A stretch of 64,000 bases of DNA from Salinispira sp. (GTDB lineage: Bacteria; Spirochaetota; Spirochaetia; DSM-27196; Salinispiraceae): the NCBI GenBank assembly GCA_965602015.1, contig OZ271918.1, positions 2,976,001 through 3,040,000 on the forward strand, written 5' to 3'. Below are positions 47,687-56,294 of this stretch, in pieces (positions within the stretch are counted from its first letter, which is position 1; every line of letters starts with the position of its first letter). Both the position numbers and the translations under genes were made by a program. Below the pieces are notes generated by a model that saw only the letters and a list, made by a program, of their open reading frames with translations, searched no databases and was not told where the DNA came from.

Positions 47687-49438
47687 CTACTTCTGATAGA
47701 GGGGACGGGGATGATACTTGGTGTGGAGGTATTTATGGGCCTTGTGACTACCGGGTTTTTCTAGAAAATCGTCGTAGATCTTCTTGATGTACGGGTTCTG
47801 ATGGCTCATCCTCAACTCCTGCTGGACATCATCGGCGTACATTCCCGCAATCCGCTGCTTTCTTACCTCGTCTGTTGCACCGTAGGGTTGACCTCCCCCG
47901 GCGATACAACCGCCCCTGCAGGCCATGACTTCGATGAAGTGGTAGGGAATGTCTCCTCCCTCGGCCTGGGCTTTTTTCACCCGCCGCAGCACTTCCTCGA
48001 TGTTGCCCATCTGATGGGCGACGGCCACGCGGACCTTGGTTCCCTTGATGTCGATTTCCGCTTCCTTGATGCCTTCGATTCCCCGGACGGCTTCGAAATC
48101 CACCGCCTCCAGATCCTCACCGGTCACCATGTTGTATGCGGTCCTGAGGGCAGCTTCCATAACACCGCCGGAAGCGCCAAAGATGGTTCCGGCTCCGGTA
48201 TACATACCGAGGGGGTTGTCTGCTTCCTCTGAGGGTAGACTGTTAAAATCGATTCCCGCCTGCTTGATCATCCGGCTGAATTCCCGGGTGGTAATAACGT
48301 AGTCCAGGTCCTGGGAACCGGTGGAGTACATGTTGTCGTCCCGGGTAATCTCATATTTCTTGGATGTGCAGGGCATGATGGATACCACCACGATATCCTC
48401 AGGCTTAATTCCCTGCTGCTTGGCGTAATAGGTTTTGATCATCGACGCCATCATCATCTGTGGGCTCTTTGCAGTGGAAAAGTGGGGAATCATTTCCGAG
48501 TAATACTTTTCCAGATAGTCGACCCAGCTTGGACAACAGGTGGTGATAAGCGGAAGGGTTTCGCCTTTGGTAAATCGCTGCACGAATTCCGTCGCCTCTT
48601 CCATTATCGTCAGGTCGGCGGCAAAGTTCGTGTCGAAGATGGCGTCGAAACCCATTCTTCGCAATGCGGCGTACATCTGGCCGGTCATTATGGTGCCGGG
48701 CTCGTTGCCGAAGGCCTCGCCGACGGCTACGCGAACCGCAGGTGCGACCTGTACAACCACGTGCTTGCCCTCGCTTCTTAGCTCTCTCCATACCTCACCG
48801 GTCTGGGAATTCTCGTAAATCGCGCCGACGGGACAGTGGGCTGAACACTGACCGCACTTTATACAGGGCGTGTCGTTCAGCTGAATGTCGCCTGCACCGG
48901 CGATACGGGTCTCGTCGCCCCGGCCGATAAACTCGAGGGCCCATACGTTCTGCATGTCCTGACACACCTTGGCGCAGCGTCCGCAGAGCACGCATTTTTC
49001 CGGGTCCAGAATGATCGACGGGGTCGAATCGTCTACCGGCAGATCTCTCAGGTTCTTCTCAAAGGGCTGATCACGGATGCCGAATTCCTGGGCCAGTCTC
49101 TGCAGTTCGCAGTTTTGATTCCGGGCGCAATAGAGACAGTCGTCGGGGTGGTTCGAGAGAATGAGTTCCACTACGCTCTTGCGCACCTCGACAATTTCCG
49201 AATCGTGGGTGAGATAGCTCGCCCCTTCGCTGACCGGCGTGGCGCAGGCCCGGACCATTTTAGGCGAGCCCTCCATTTTGACTACGCAGATACCGCAGGC
49301 CGCCCAGGGATCGAGATCCGGGTGATAACAGAGGGCCGGAACCTTAATCTGGTTCTGCTTTGCGGCGTTTAAGATGGAGGTGCCTTCTTCGACCTTCATT
49401 TCGACGCCGTTTACTTTTATGTTCACCATGTTTGCCAT
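47687..49438 (-). CDS. hydA: [FeFe]-hydrogenase catalytic subunit (HydA/HndD, group A)
   Basis: N-terminal 2Fe-2S, His-ligated 4Fe-4S and 2x4Fe-4S sites. H-cluster motifs are TTCCPSW, MPCTSKKYE and EVMACRGGCIAGGGQP. Confidence 0.96.
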   Translation of the reverse strand: MANMVNIKVNGVEMKVEEGTSILNAAKQNQIKVPALCYHPDLDPWAACGICVVKMEGSPKMVRACATPVSEGASYLTHDSEIVEVRKSVVELILSNHPDDCLYCARNQNCELQRLAQEFGIRDQPFEKNLRDLPVDDSTPSIILDPEKCVLCGRCAKVCQDMQNVWALEFIGRGDETRIAGAGDIQLNDTPCIKCGQCSAHCPVGAIYENSQTGEVWRELRSEGKHVVVQVAPAVRVAVGEAFGNEPGTIMTGQMYAALRRMGFDAIFDTNFAADLTIMEEATEFVQRFTKGETLPLITTCCPSWVDYLEKYYSEMIPHFSTAKSPQMMMASMIKTYYAKQQGIKPEDIVVVSIMPCTSKKYEITRDDNMYSTGSQDLDYVITTREFSRMIKQAGIDFNSLPSEEADNPLGMYTGAGTIFGASGGVMEAALRTAYNMVTGEDLEAVDFEAVRGIEGIKEAEIDIKGTKVRVAVAHQMGNIEEVLRRVKKAQAEGGDIPYHFIEVMACRGGCIAGGGQPYGATDEVRKQRIAGMYADDVQQELRMSHQNPYIKKIYDDFLEKPGSHKAHKYLHTKYHPRPLYQK

Positions 49439-49457
49439 AGTTATTCTTCCTCCGTCC

Positions 49458-51242
49458 TTATTTCACCATTACCGCGTCGAACTTACAGGCTTTGTCGCAT
49501 TCGCCGCACTTGATACACGCGTCCTGGTCGATGGTATAGGGTTTACGCTTCTCTCCGGTGATACAGGGTACCGGGCACTTGCGGGCGCAGAGTCCGCATC
49601 CGATACATTTTTCGGGATCGATTTCGTACTTCACCAGGTCCTTGCAGACGCCAGCCGGACAGGTCAGCTGCTCGATGTGGGCCATATACTCGTCCCAGAA
49701 ATAGTTCATCGATGACAGCACGGGATTCGGTGCGGTCTGACCGAGGCCGCAGAGGCTCGCCCGCTGCATGGCCTTGCCGATATCCTTGATGCTTTCCAGT
49801 TCCTCGATGCTCGATTTGCCCATGGTCACCCGGTCGAGAATATTGTAGAGCTTGCGTCCCCCGATGCGGCAGGGAGCGCATTTTCCGCAGGATTCTTCCA
49901 CGGTAAAGCCCAGGTAGAACTTGGCGACGTCTACGATACAGTCGTCTTCGTCCATAACAATCATACCGCCGGATCCCATAATCGAGCCCAGCTCAGCAAG
50001 ATGCTCATAGTCTATGGGTACGTCGATGTAATCCGCGGTAATAACACCGCCGGAGGGTCCGCCGGTCTGGACGGCCTTAAACTTGCGGCCGTTGGGAATT
50101 CCGCCGCCGATGTTGTACACGATGTCCCGAAGTGGGGTTCCCATGGGAACTTCAACCAGTCCGGAGTTCGAAATCTTCCCGGTCAAGGCGAACACCTTGG
50201 TTCCCGTGGACTTTTCGGTTCCGATGCCGGCGAACCAATCGCCGCCCCGGTTGATAATCACCGGAATATTTGCCCAGGTCTCGACGTTATTGATGACAGT
50301 CGGCTTGCCCCAAAGTCCTTTGACCGCAGGGAAGGGAGGGCGGGGAACCGGCATGCCCCGGTTTCCTTCGATAGAGGCCAACAGGGCGGTTTCCTCGCCG
50401 CACACGAAGGCACCGGCGCCGAGACGGACTTCGATGTCGAAAGAAAAATCCGTTCCGAGAATGTTGTCTCCCAGGAGACCCATTTCCCGGGCCTGCTTGA
50501 TGGCGATGTTCAGCCTGTCGATCGCCAAAGGATACTCGGCCCGAATGTAGATAAATCCCTTGTCCGCACCGACGGTGTATCCCGCAATTGCCATGGCTTC
50601 GAGAACCGTATGAGGGTCGCCTTCAAGGACCGAGCGGTCCATGTATGCACCGGGGTCTCCCTCGTCGGCGTTACAGACGATGTATTTCTGATCTGCTTCG
50701 ACGTTTTTGGTGAATCCCCATTTACGCCAGGTGGGAAAACCCGCGCCGCCGCGACCCCGGATTTTGGATTTTTCCAGTTCGCCGATAACTTCGTCGGGGC
50801 TCATTGAGCTGAGGACCTTGTCCAGCGCGGCGTAGCCGTCCCGGGCAATGTACTCTTCGATGTTTTCAGGATTGATAAATCCGCAGTTTCTCAGAACAAT
50901 GCGCACCTGCTTCTGGTAAAAGGAAATATTGTCGATTCCCTGGGTGGTGCTGCCCTCTTCCTTGTACAGAAGACGCTTCACCTGCCGGCCTTTGACGACG
51001 TGCTCTTCGATGATTTCCTTCGCATCATCGGGCTTCACTTCGACATAGAAGCTCTCATCGGGAAGAACCTTGCAGATGGGGCCCTTTTCGCAGAATCCGA
51101 AACAGCCGGTTTTGACAATCTGAACGTCGGAATCAACGCTGTTTTCCTCGGCGCTCTTTTTCAAGTTTCGGTAGATATCGTCGGCCTTGCTGGACTCACA
51201 GCCCGTACCGCCGCATACCAGTATGTATTGGTTATATGCCAT
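49458..51242 (-). CDS. hydB: NADH/FMN-binding hydrogenase subunit (HydB/HndC, NuoF-like)
   Basis: GRGGAGFPT, NADEGDPGAYMDRS, GAFVCGEETAL, GGPSGG, CGKCAPCR and a C-terminal 2x4Fe-4S domain. Confidence 0.95.
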   Translation of the reverse strand: MAYNQYILVCGGTGCESSKADDIYRNLKKSAEENSVDSDVQIVKTGCFGFCEKGPICKVLPDESFYVEVKPDDAKEIIEEHVVKGRQVKRLLYKEEGSTTQGIDNISFYQKQVRIVLRNCGFINPENIEEYIARDGYAALDKVLSSMSPDEVIGELEKSKIRGRGGAGFPTWRKWGFTKNVEADQKYIVCNADEGDPGAYMDRSVLEGDPHTVLEAMAIAGYTVGADKGFIYIRAEYPLAIDRLNIAIKQAREMGLLGDNILGTDFSFDIEVRLGAGAFVCGEETALLASIEGNRGMPVPRPPFPAVKGLWGKPTVINNVETWANIPVIINRGGDWFAGIGTEKSTGTKVFALTGKISNSGLVEVPMGTPLRDIVYNIGGGIPNGRKFKAVQTGGPSGGVITADYIDVPIDYEHLAELGSIMGSGGMIVMDEDDCIVDVAKFYLGFTVEESCGKCAPCRIGGRKLYNILDRVTMGKSSIEELESIKDIGKAMQRASLCGLGQTAPNPVLSSMNYFWDEYMAHIEQLTCPAGVCKDLVKYEIDPEKCIGCGLCARKCPVPCITGEKRKPYTIDQDACIKCGECDKACKFDAVMVK

Positions 51243-51256
51243 GCCTTCCTCCAGGG

Positions 51257-51649
51257 CTACTCGGACATCAGGTCCGCTGCCGGCCGATCAAAAACGTGCT
51301 CGTTTACCAGTTGCTTCTCAAGAATGTGCTTTTCCACGATCTGCCGGGCAACCTTGGCGTCTACCCGACCGTAAATCGTGTCGGGCATGCCGGTCATTTT
51401 TACCTCGACAACCGGTTCGGCATGGTCCAAACCGAGGCTTCCGGCCTGCCGAAGTGCGACGTTGCTCAGACCGTACTTATTGAGTTCCTCGGTAAACGCC
51501 TTGAGGGCGTCTTTGGCTCCTGCGGCTATGCCGCTGGTTCCCATGCCGACGATAATCTGGACGGTTTTGTTGCTCGTGTCCCGCATATCCATGTCTTGCT
51601 TCTTTTCGTTTCGAAGTTTGCGTAAGTCTTCAAGGGTCAGTTTCGCCAC
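51257..51649 (-). CDS. thioredoxin-like hydrogenase subunit (HydD/HndB-like), cysteine-free
   Basis: IIVGMGTSGIAAGA and QAGSLGLDHAEPVVEV align with this ferredoxin-like family. Operon position fits. Confidence 0.85.
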   Translation of the reverse strand: MAKLTLEDLRKLRNEKKQDMDMRDTSNKTVQIIVGMGTSGIAAGAKDALKAFTEELNKYGLSNVALRQAGSLGLDHAEPVVEVKMTGMPDTIYGRVDAKVARQIVEKHILEKQLVNEHVFDRPAADLMSE

Positions 51650-52193
51650 GGAAATCCTCCTGTGATTCCAGATATTGCGTCAGGAGCCCGAGGGCTTGGG
51701 GATCTTCCAGGCCGCCCAGAGCTTCAAGAAGCTCCGAGCGGGTGATCCGGTACTCTTCACCTGCCCGGCTCCGCTGCAATTCAAGTTCAAAGTCACCGGG
51801 GTAGCTGAACAGGCTCATGAGCGCTCCAGCCAAATCCCCGATCGGCGGGGTGTCGACGTGGTCGACGTTGAACCGGCATGTAAGCCGGGTTCCCCTGCCC
51901 TGCTCGGATTCCAGGCGGAAGCTTCCGCCGGTATCCTCTAGCAGTTGTTTCATAAAGGCGAGTCCCAGACCCACCTTTCTTCCGGGATGTTTTTTACCGT
52001 CGGTATAAAAGGGATCGACCACGCGTCGGAGAGTTTCCTCATCCATCCCGCATCCGTTATCCCCTACCTCCAGGAAAAACTCCCGGGTGCCCCCGTCGAT
52101 GGTCTCATTCAGCGAAAGCGCAATGTGTGTCGAGCCCGCCTCAATGGCGTTCTGCACGGCATCCATTACATAGTCGCTGAGCGAAAAATGCAT
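51630..52193 (-). CDS. stand-alone histidine-kinase-like ATPase in the hydrogenase operon
   Basis: N box (QNAIEA), DNGCGM, DPFYT and GLGL. No HisKA domain. Confidence 0.88.
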   Translation of the reverse strand: MHFSLSDYVMDAVQNAIEAGSTHIALSLNETIDGGTREFFLEVGDNGCGMDEETLRRVVDPFYTDGKKHPGRKVGLGLAFMKQLLEDTGGSFRLESEQGRGTRLTCRFNVDHVDTPPIGDLAGALMSLFSYPGDFELELQRSRAGEEYRITRSELLEALGGLEDPQALGLLTQYLESQEDFRGETDP

Positions 52194-52207
52194 CGTCGGG
52201 CGGCCGT

Positions 52208-52690
52208 TTAACTGTTGCGGTGTTTGGCTATGATATCCGCCAATTGGTCCGTTTTGACCTTGCCGTACACCTCGTTATTCACCGTGACCACCGGGGCGAG
52301 ACCGCAGCAGCCGACACAGCGAACCGCCTCGATGGAAAACTCGCCGTCATCCGTACTGGTGTTGATCCCGGTTCCGAGCAGGTTTTCGAACTCCTGGATG
52401 AGGTCCTTGCCGCCCTTGAGGTAACAGGCGGTTCCCATACATACGGAGATGATGTTGCGCCCGGGTTTCTCCAGTTTGAAATAGTGGTAAAAGGTGATGA
52501 CCCCGTAGATCTTTGCAAGGGGCACATCGATATCCTTCGCGAGATCCTTCGCGATCTTACGCGGAATATATCCGTATTCCTGTTGGGTTCTGTGGAGAAT
52601 CATGATGAGATTTCCGGGTTTGTCTTTCCATTCTTCGACAAACTCGCGGAGTGCTGGCGTGATCTCCAGGGTTTCAGCGCTGGTGGGCAT
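52208..52690 (-). CDS. hydC: NuoE-like 2Fe-2S hydrogenase subunit (HydC/HndA)
   Basis: GVITFY, CMGTAC and CVGCCGLAPV. ATG 52690 has an AAGGAGG SD. Confidence 0.93.
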   Translation of the reverse strand: MPTSAETLEITPALREFVEEWKDKPGNLIMILHRTQQEYGYIPRKIAKDLAKDIDVPLAKIYGVITFYHYFKLEKPGRNIISVCMGTACYLKGGKDLIQEFENLLGTGINTSTDDGEFSIEAVRCVGCCGLAPVVTVNNEVYGKVKTDQLADIIAKHRNS

Positions 52691-52914
52691 GGAACCTCCT
52701 TTGTCTTCGCACCGGTGTTGTGGTAGTAAACCGGATCCGTCCGTTGAATTATTCCGCAAAAACTGATGCCGAAGGGGATCCGCTAAGACGGCGTGGTACG
52801 CGCGCGCCCGGCTGGTACAGGATACGACCCTGGTCGGCATCAGAGAGGCAGACCCACCGGCTCCGGGGAGCCGGTGATTGCGGGAATCTGCCTTTCGCAG
52901 TCTCTGGTCGGATT

Positions 52915-52943
52915 ATTCTAATACCCCCCCGGTTATTGTGCAA
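52915..52943 (-). promoter_or_regulatory. sigma70-type promoter of the hydrogenase operon (G7 tract in the spacer)
   Basis: TTGCAC-AATAACCGGGGGGGTAT(17)-TAGAAT. Confidence 0.7.
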
Positions 52944-53054
52944 GTTCTGTAAATATTAAAATTATGATTTTATTTAAAATAAGGGTGTATATTATTTGAT
53001 GGGAACCTCACATCTATGTATAATAAATCAATATTGTTGTGAAAAATATTACAT
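52936..53054. promoter_or_regulatory. candidate Rex operator sites in the AT-rich divergent promoter region
   Basis: Partial matches to TTGTGAA-N4-TTCACAA: TTGTGAAaaatATTACAT (53037-53054), TTATGATtttaTTTAAAA (52962-52979) and a TTGTGCA half-site at 52936. Confidence 0.5.
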
Positions 53055-53070
53055 TATAGAGCGGGTATGT

Positions 53071-53742
53071 ATGACAGATAAATTGAGCAAGGGAATGATC
53101 CTCAGGATGGTCAAATACCTCAGGGTTCTGCGCAAATTGAAAACTCTGGGAATCGTCAACGTCTTTTCGAATAATCTCGGGGACGCCCTCGGCGTCACTC
53201 CTGCGGTCGTGAGGAAGGATTTTTCCCAGATAAACATTACGGGTAACAAGCGCGGCGGCTACAATATCGACGATTTAATGATGAGCCTTGAAGAGCAGTT
53301 GGGCCGCCGGGAAAGCAAGGAAGTGATAATCGTTGGCTGCGGCCGTATCGGTCAGGCGCTTATGGCGTATAAGGAATTTCCCAAGGAAGGTATCAACATA
53401 GTCGCCGGTTTCGACAGCAACGAAGCAAAAATCGATAGGGAAGCTTCCACTCCTATTTTGCCCGTCGCGGAAATGGAAGCGTATATAAGAGACAATTCAG
53501 TCGATGTGGCCATAATCGCCGTCCCGGAGACCGTGGCCAACGACGTGTTTGAGCAGATGCTGGAGGCAGGCATCCGGGGAGTTCTCAACTTCACTCCGGT
53601 GGAGCTCAAATGCCACGGAAGATGCGACAGGGCAAATTGTCCGAAAAACTGCACGGTTCACACGGTGAACATCGGGCTGGAACTGGAGAATTTATTCTAT
53701 CTCATTAACATCCATGAAATGGAAGTGATGCAGGCCGGCTAA
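53071..53742 (+). CDS. rex: redox-sensing transcriptional repressor Rex (with Cys-rich insertion)
   Basis: VRKDFS...GNKRGGY, IVGCGRIGQAL, AGFD, AIIAVP and GIRGVLNFTP. Confidence 0.93.
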   Translation: MTDKLSKGMILRMVKYLRVLRKLKTLGIVNVFSNNLGDALGVTPAVVRKDFSQINITGNKRGGYNIDDLMMSLEEQLGRRESKEVIIVGCGRIGQALMAYKEFPKEGINIVAGFDSNEAKIDREASTPILPVAEMEAYIRDNSVDVAIIAVPETVANDVFEQMLEAGIRGVLNFTPVELKCHGRCDRANCPKNCTVHTVNIGLELENLFYLINIHEMEVMQAG

Positions 53743-54095
53743 TGACCTACGAAAAACTGATAGACCTGCTCAAGGCCGAAACCCATACCCGTTGCAAGAC
53801 CTTTAATGACGCAAATATTACCAACTTCGTCGCCTCGGACTTGATGAGCGACGTGCTGACCGTCGACGACGAAAATTTCCTGCTCATCACGAGCTTGAGC
53901 TCCGAACAGGTTGCCCGCACCGCGGATATCGTCGGAGCCCGGGGAATACTGCTGGTTAACGGAAAAACTCCTCAGCCGCGACTGATAGAACTCTGCGGGG
54001 AATTCAACATAAGTCTGCTGACAACTCCCATGAGAATGTTCACCAGCTGTCACAAACTCGCCAGCGAGCTGGAAAGCGAAGGTATTTCCCTGTGA
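53742..54095 (+). CDS. DRTGG-domain protein
   Basis: ASDLMSDVL, LLITSL...QVARTA and VNGK. Confidence 0.85.
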   Translation: MTYEKLIDLLKAETHTRCKTFNDANITNFVASDLMSDVLTVDDENFLLITSLSSEQVARTADIVGARGILLVNGKTPQPRLIELCGEFNISLLTTPMRMFTSCHKLASELESEGISL

Positions 54096-55183
54096 AATCC
54101 TTTCCCCTGGACACGGAGAACAGCCCTTCATACATCCTGGAAATGCTGTTCGATTTAAAGGTCCGGGACGTAATGCACAAGGAGCTCATAACCGCCGAGC
54201 GGGACGATCCTCTGCAAAAAATCCAGGCGATTATGCGGGAAAATCGAATAAGCGGCGTGCCCATCATCGATAAACGCCGGCTCATCGGGCTGGTCAGTAT
54301 GGATGATATCATACAAGCCCTGGCTGATGGGAAAATCGAGGAAGGCGCGGAGACCCGCATGACCCGCAACCTCATCGTTCTTGAAGATGATATGCCCCTG
54401 TCATTTGCTATTTCCTACATGGAAAAATACCGTTTCGGCCGGTTTCCCGTTATCAACCGCAACCGCGAACTGGTTGGCATCATCACCAGCCGCGACATTA
54501 TCGTCCACCTTCTCATAAACATGAACCGAGAGATGGAACAGATAGAAGAGCGTCAACGCATCCTCTCGGGGAATCCGGAACTGCGCTTCAGCCTTCCCAC
54601 CACCAGCACCGGCTCGGCCAATGCAGATCAAGACGAGCTCTCCCCCGTCGGGGCCGGAGACAACGAACAGCCCGGATGCAGCGACCTCAACCCGGATGAC
54701 GGTATTAAAACCGAGCCGTCGAGCAAAGCAGCAGCCATACCCGATCTAAGCATGCAGTGGCATACGAGAAAGTTCGATTTCGAAGAAGCGGGAAAGGCCA
54801 GCACGGAAATCAAGAAAACTCTGCGGGAACACCGACCGGACCTTCCGGCCAAACTGGTGCGGCGCATCGCCATCGCCAGCTATGAACTGGAAATGAACCA
54901 GGTCGTGCATTCCGAGGGCGGGAAGATCTGCTTCCTGCTTGAAAAGCATCAGGCGAAAATCATCGCCGAGGACCGGGGACCGGGGATAGACGATATCGAG
55001 GCCGCGCTTACCGAGGGCTGGTCCACCGCCACCGAATGGGTTCGAAGTCTGGGCTTCGGAGCCGGAATGGGTTTGCCCAATACCCGACGGGTGGCAGACG
55101 ACTTCGCCATTGAATCCGGACCGGACGGTACCACCGTGGAGGTGGGCTTTTCCCTTCCGGTTCAGGAAGAGGCAGTACGATAA
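54092..55183 (+). CDS. CBS-pair + RsbT/anti-sigma-type serine kinase fusion
   Basis: Two CBS repeats (ISGVPII...GLVSMDD; FGRFPVI...GIITSRD), then AGKAS, YELEMN, DRGPGI and GFGAGMGLPN. Confidence 0.85.
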   Translation: MKSFPLDTENSPSYILEMLFDLKVRDVMHKELITAERDDPLQKIQAIMRENRISGVPIIDKRRLIGLVSMDDIIQALADGKIEEGAETRMTRNLIVLEDDMPLSFAISYMEKYRFGRFPVINRNRELVGIITSRDIIVHLLINMNREMEQIEERQRILSGNPELRFSLPTTSTGSANADQDELSPVGAGDNEQPGCSDLNPDDGIKTEPSSKAAAIPDLSMQWHTRKFDFEEAGKASTEIKKTLREHRPDLPAKLVRRIAIASYELEMNQVVHSEGGKICFLLEKHQAKIIAEDRGPGIDDIEAALTEGWSTATEWVRSLGFGAGMGLPNTRRVADDFAIESGPDGTTVEVGFSLPVQEEAVR

Positions 55184-55239
55184 ACATCCGGATCAGCTCA
55201 GCTGATGCGGTAGAGCAGCACAGTACCGGGAGGCAAGAC

Positions 55240-55593
55240 ATGAAGGAAATAGTACTTACGGACGTGGTAAAACTCTGCGGCGCCAGAATATTGCAGGAAA
55301 AATCAGGCGCGGAAAGCATAAACGGCGCCTATTCCTCCGACCTGCTGAGCGACGTGATGGCAAATGCGGAAGAAGGCCAGGCGCTAATCACCATTCAGGC
55401 GCACAAAAACACCATCGCGGTTGCCAGCCTGTTCGGCGCACCGTGCATCATAATCTGCAATGACCGGCCGGTGCCCGAAGACATGATTGCCGCCGCTGCA
55501 GAGGAAGAAATCGCGATTTTCGTCAGCCCCATGAGCCAGTTCGAAGTTTCCGGAAAACTCTACCAGGGACTCTTCGGCTCGGAATCAGCTTGA
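55240..55593 (+). CDS. DRTGG-domain protein
   Basis: YSSDLLSDVMA and ITIQAHKNTIAVA. Confidence 0.85.
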   Translation: MKEIVLTDVVKLCGARILQEKSGAESINGAYSSDLLSDVMANAEEGQALITIQAHKNTIAVASLFGAPCIIICNDRPVPEDMIAAAAEEEIAIFVSPMSQFEVSGKLYQGLFGSESA

Positions 55594-56294
55594 CCGTCCA
55601 TTGCGATCTGCACATTCATTCCTGCCTGAGCCCCTGCGGCAGCCTGTTCAGCTCGCCCTCGGCAATCGCACGCCGCGCCGCGGAAATCGGTCTCCAGCTC
55701 ATTGCCCTTACGGATCACAACAGCAGTCTGAACTGCCCGACCTTTCTCGATGCCTGTCGGCGGGAAGGAATAGCGGCAATGTGCGGAATGGAAGCCACGT
55801 CGGCGGAAGAAGCCCACTGCCTTTGTCTGTTCGAAGATCTGGAAAGCTCCCTGGAATTCAGCAAATTCATTGAGGCGCATCAACAGGTAATTCCCCTCAA
55901 GCCCGAGCGGATGGGCGACCAGGTGATTGTAGATCTTGATGAAAACATCCTGGGAACCGTTGACCGTCTTCTCATCAGCGCGACGGATTTGAGCATTGAC
56001 CGTTTGGCTGCCGAGGTTCACGCCAGGGAAGGTCTGTTTATCCCCGCCCACGTTGACCGTGCCGCCTTCAGCCTTACCAGTCAATTGGGCTTTATTCCCC
56101 AGGGAGATTTCGACGCCCTGGAATGGTATCACAGAGATAATCCGGAAAAGGCCCGATACGCCGCCTACCCTGCAGTCACCAACTCCGATGCCCATTATCC
56201 GGAGGATATAGGAAGGCGCAGCTTTACTTTTACCGGAGAGAGGGCAGATTTCGCGGGTCTAAAATCTTGGCTGCAAAGGCAGCGGCAGGATTAA
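55590..56294 (+). CDS. PHP-family phosphoesterase
   Basis: DLHIHSCLSPC, ALTDHN, GME...EEAH, PAHVDR and NSDAH. Confidence 0.9.
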   Translation: MTVHCDLHIHSCLSPCGSLFSSPSAIARRAAEIGLQLIALTDHNSSLNCPTFLDACRREGIAAMCGMEATSAEEAHCLCLFEDLESSLEFSKFIEAHQQVIPLKPERMGDQVIVDLDENILGTVDRLLISATDLSIDRLAAEVHAREGLFIPAHVDRAAFSLTSQLGFIPQGDFDALEWYHRDNPEKARYAAYPAVTNSDAHYPEDIGRRSFTFTGERADFAGLKSWLQRQRQD

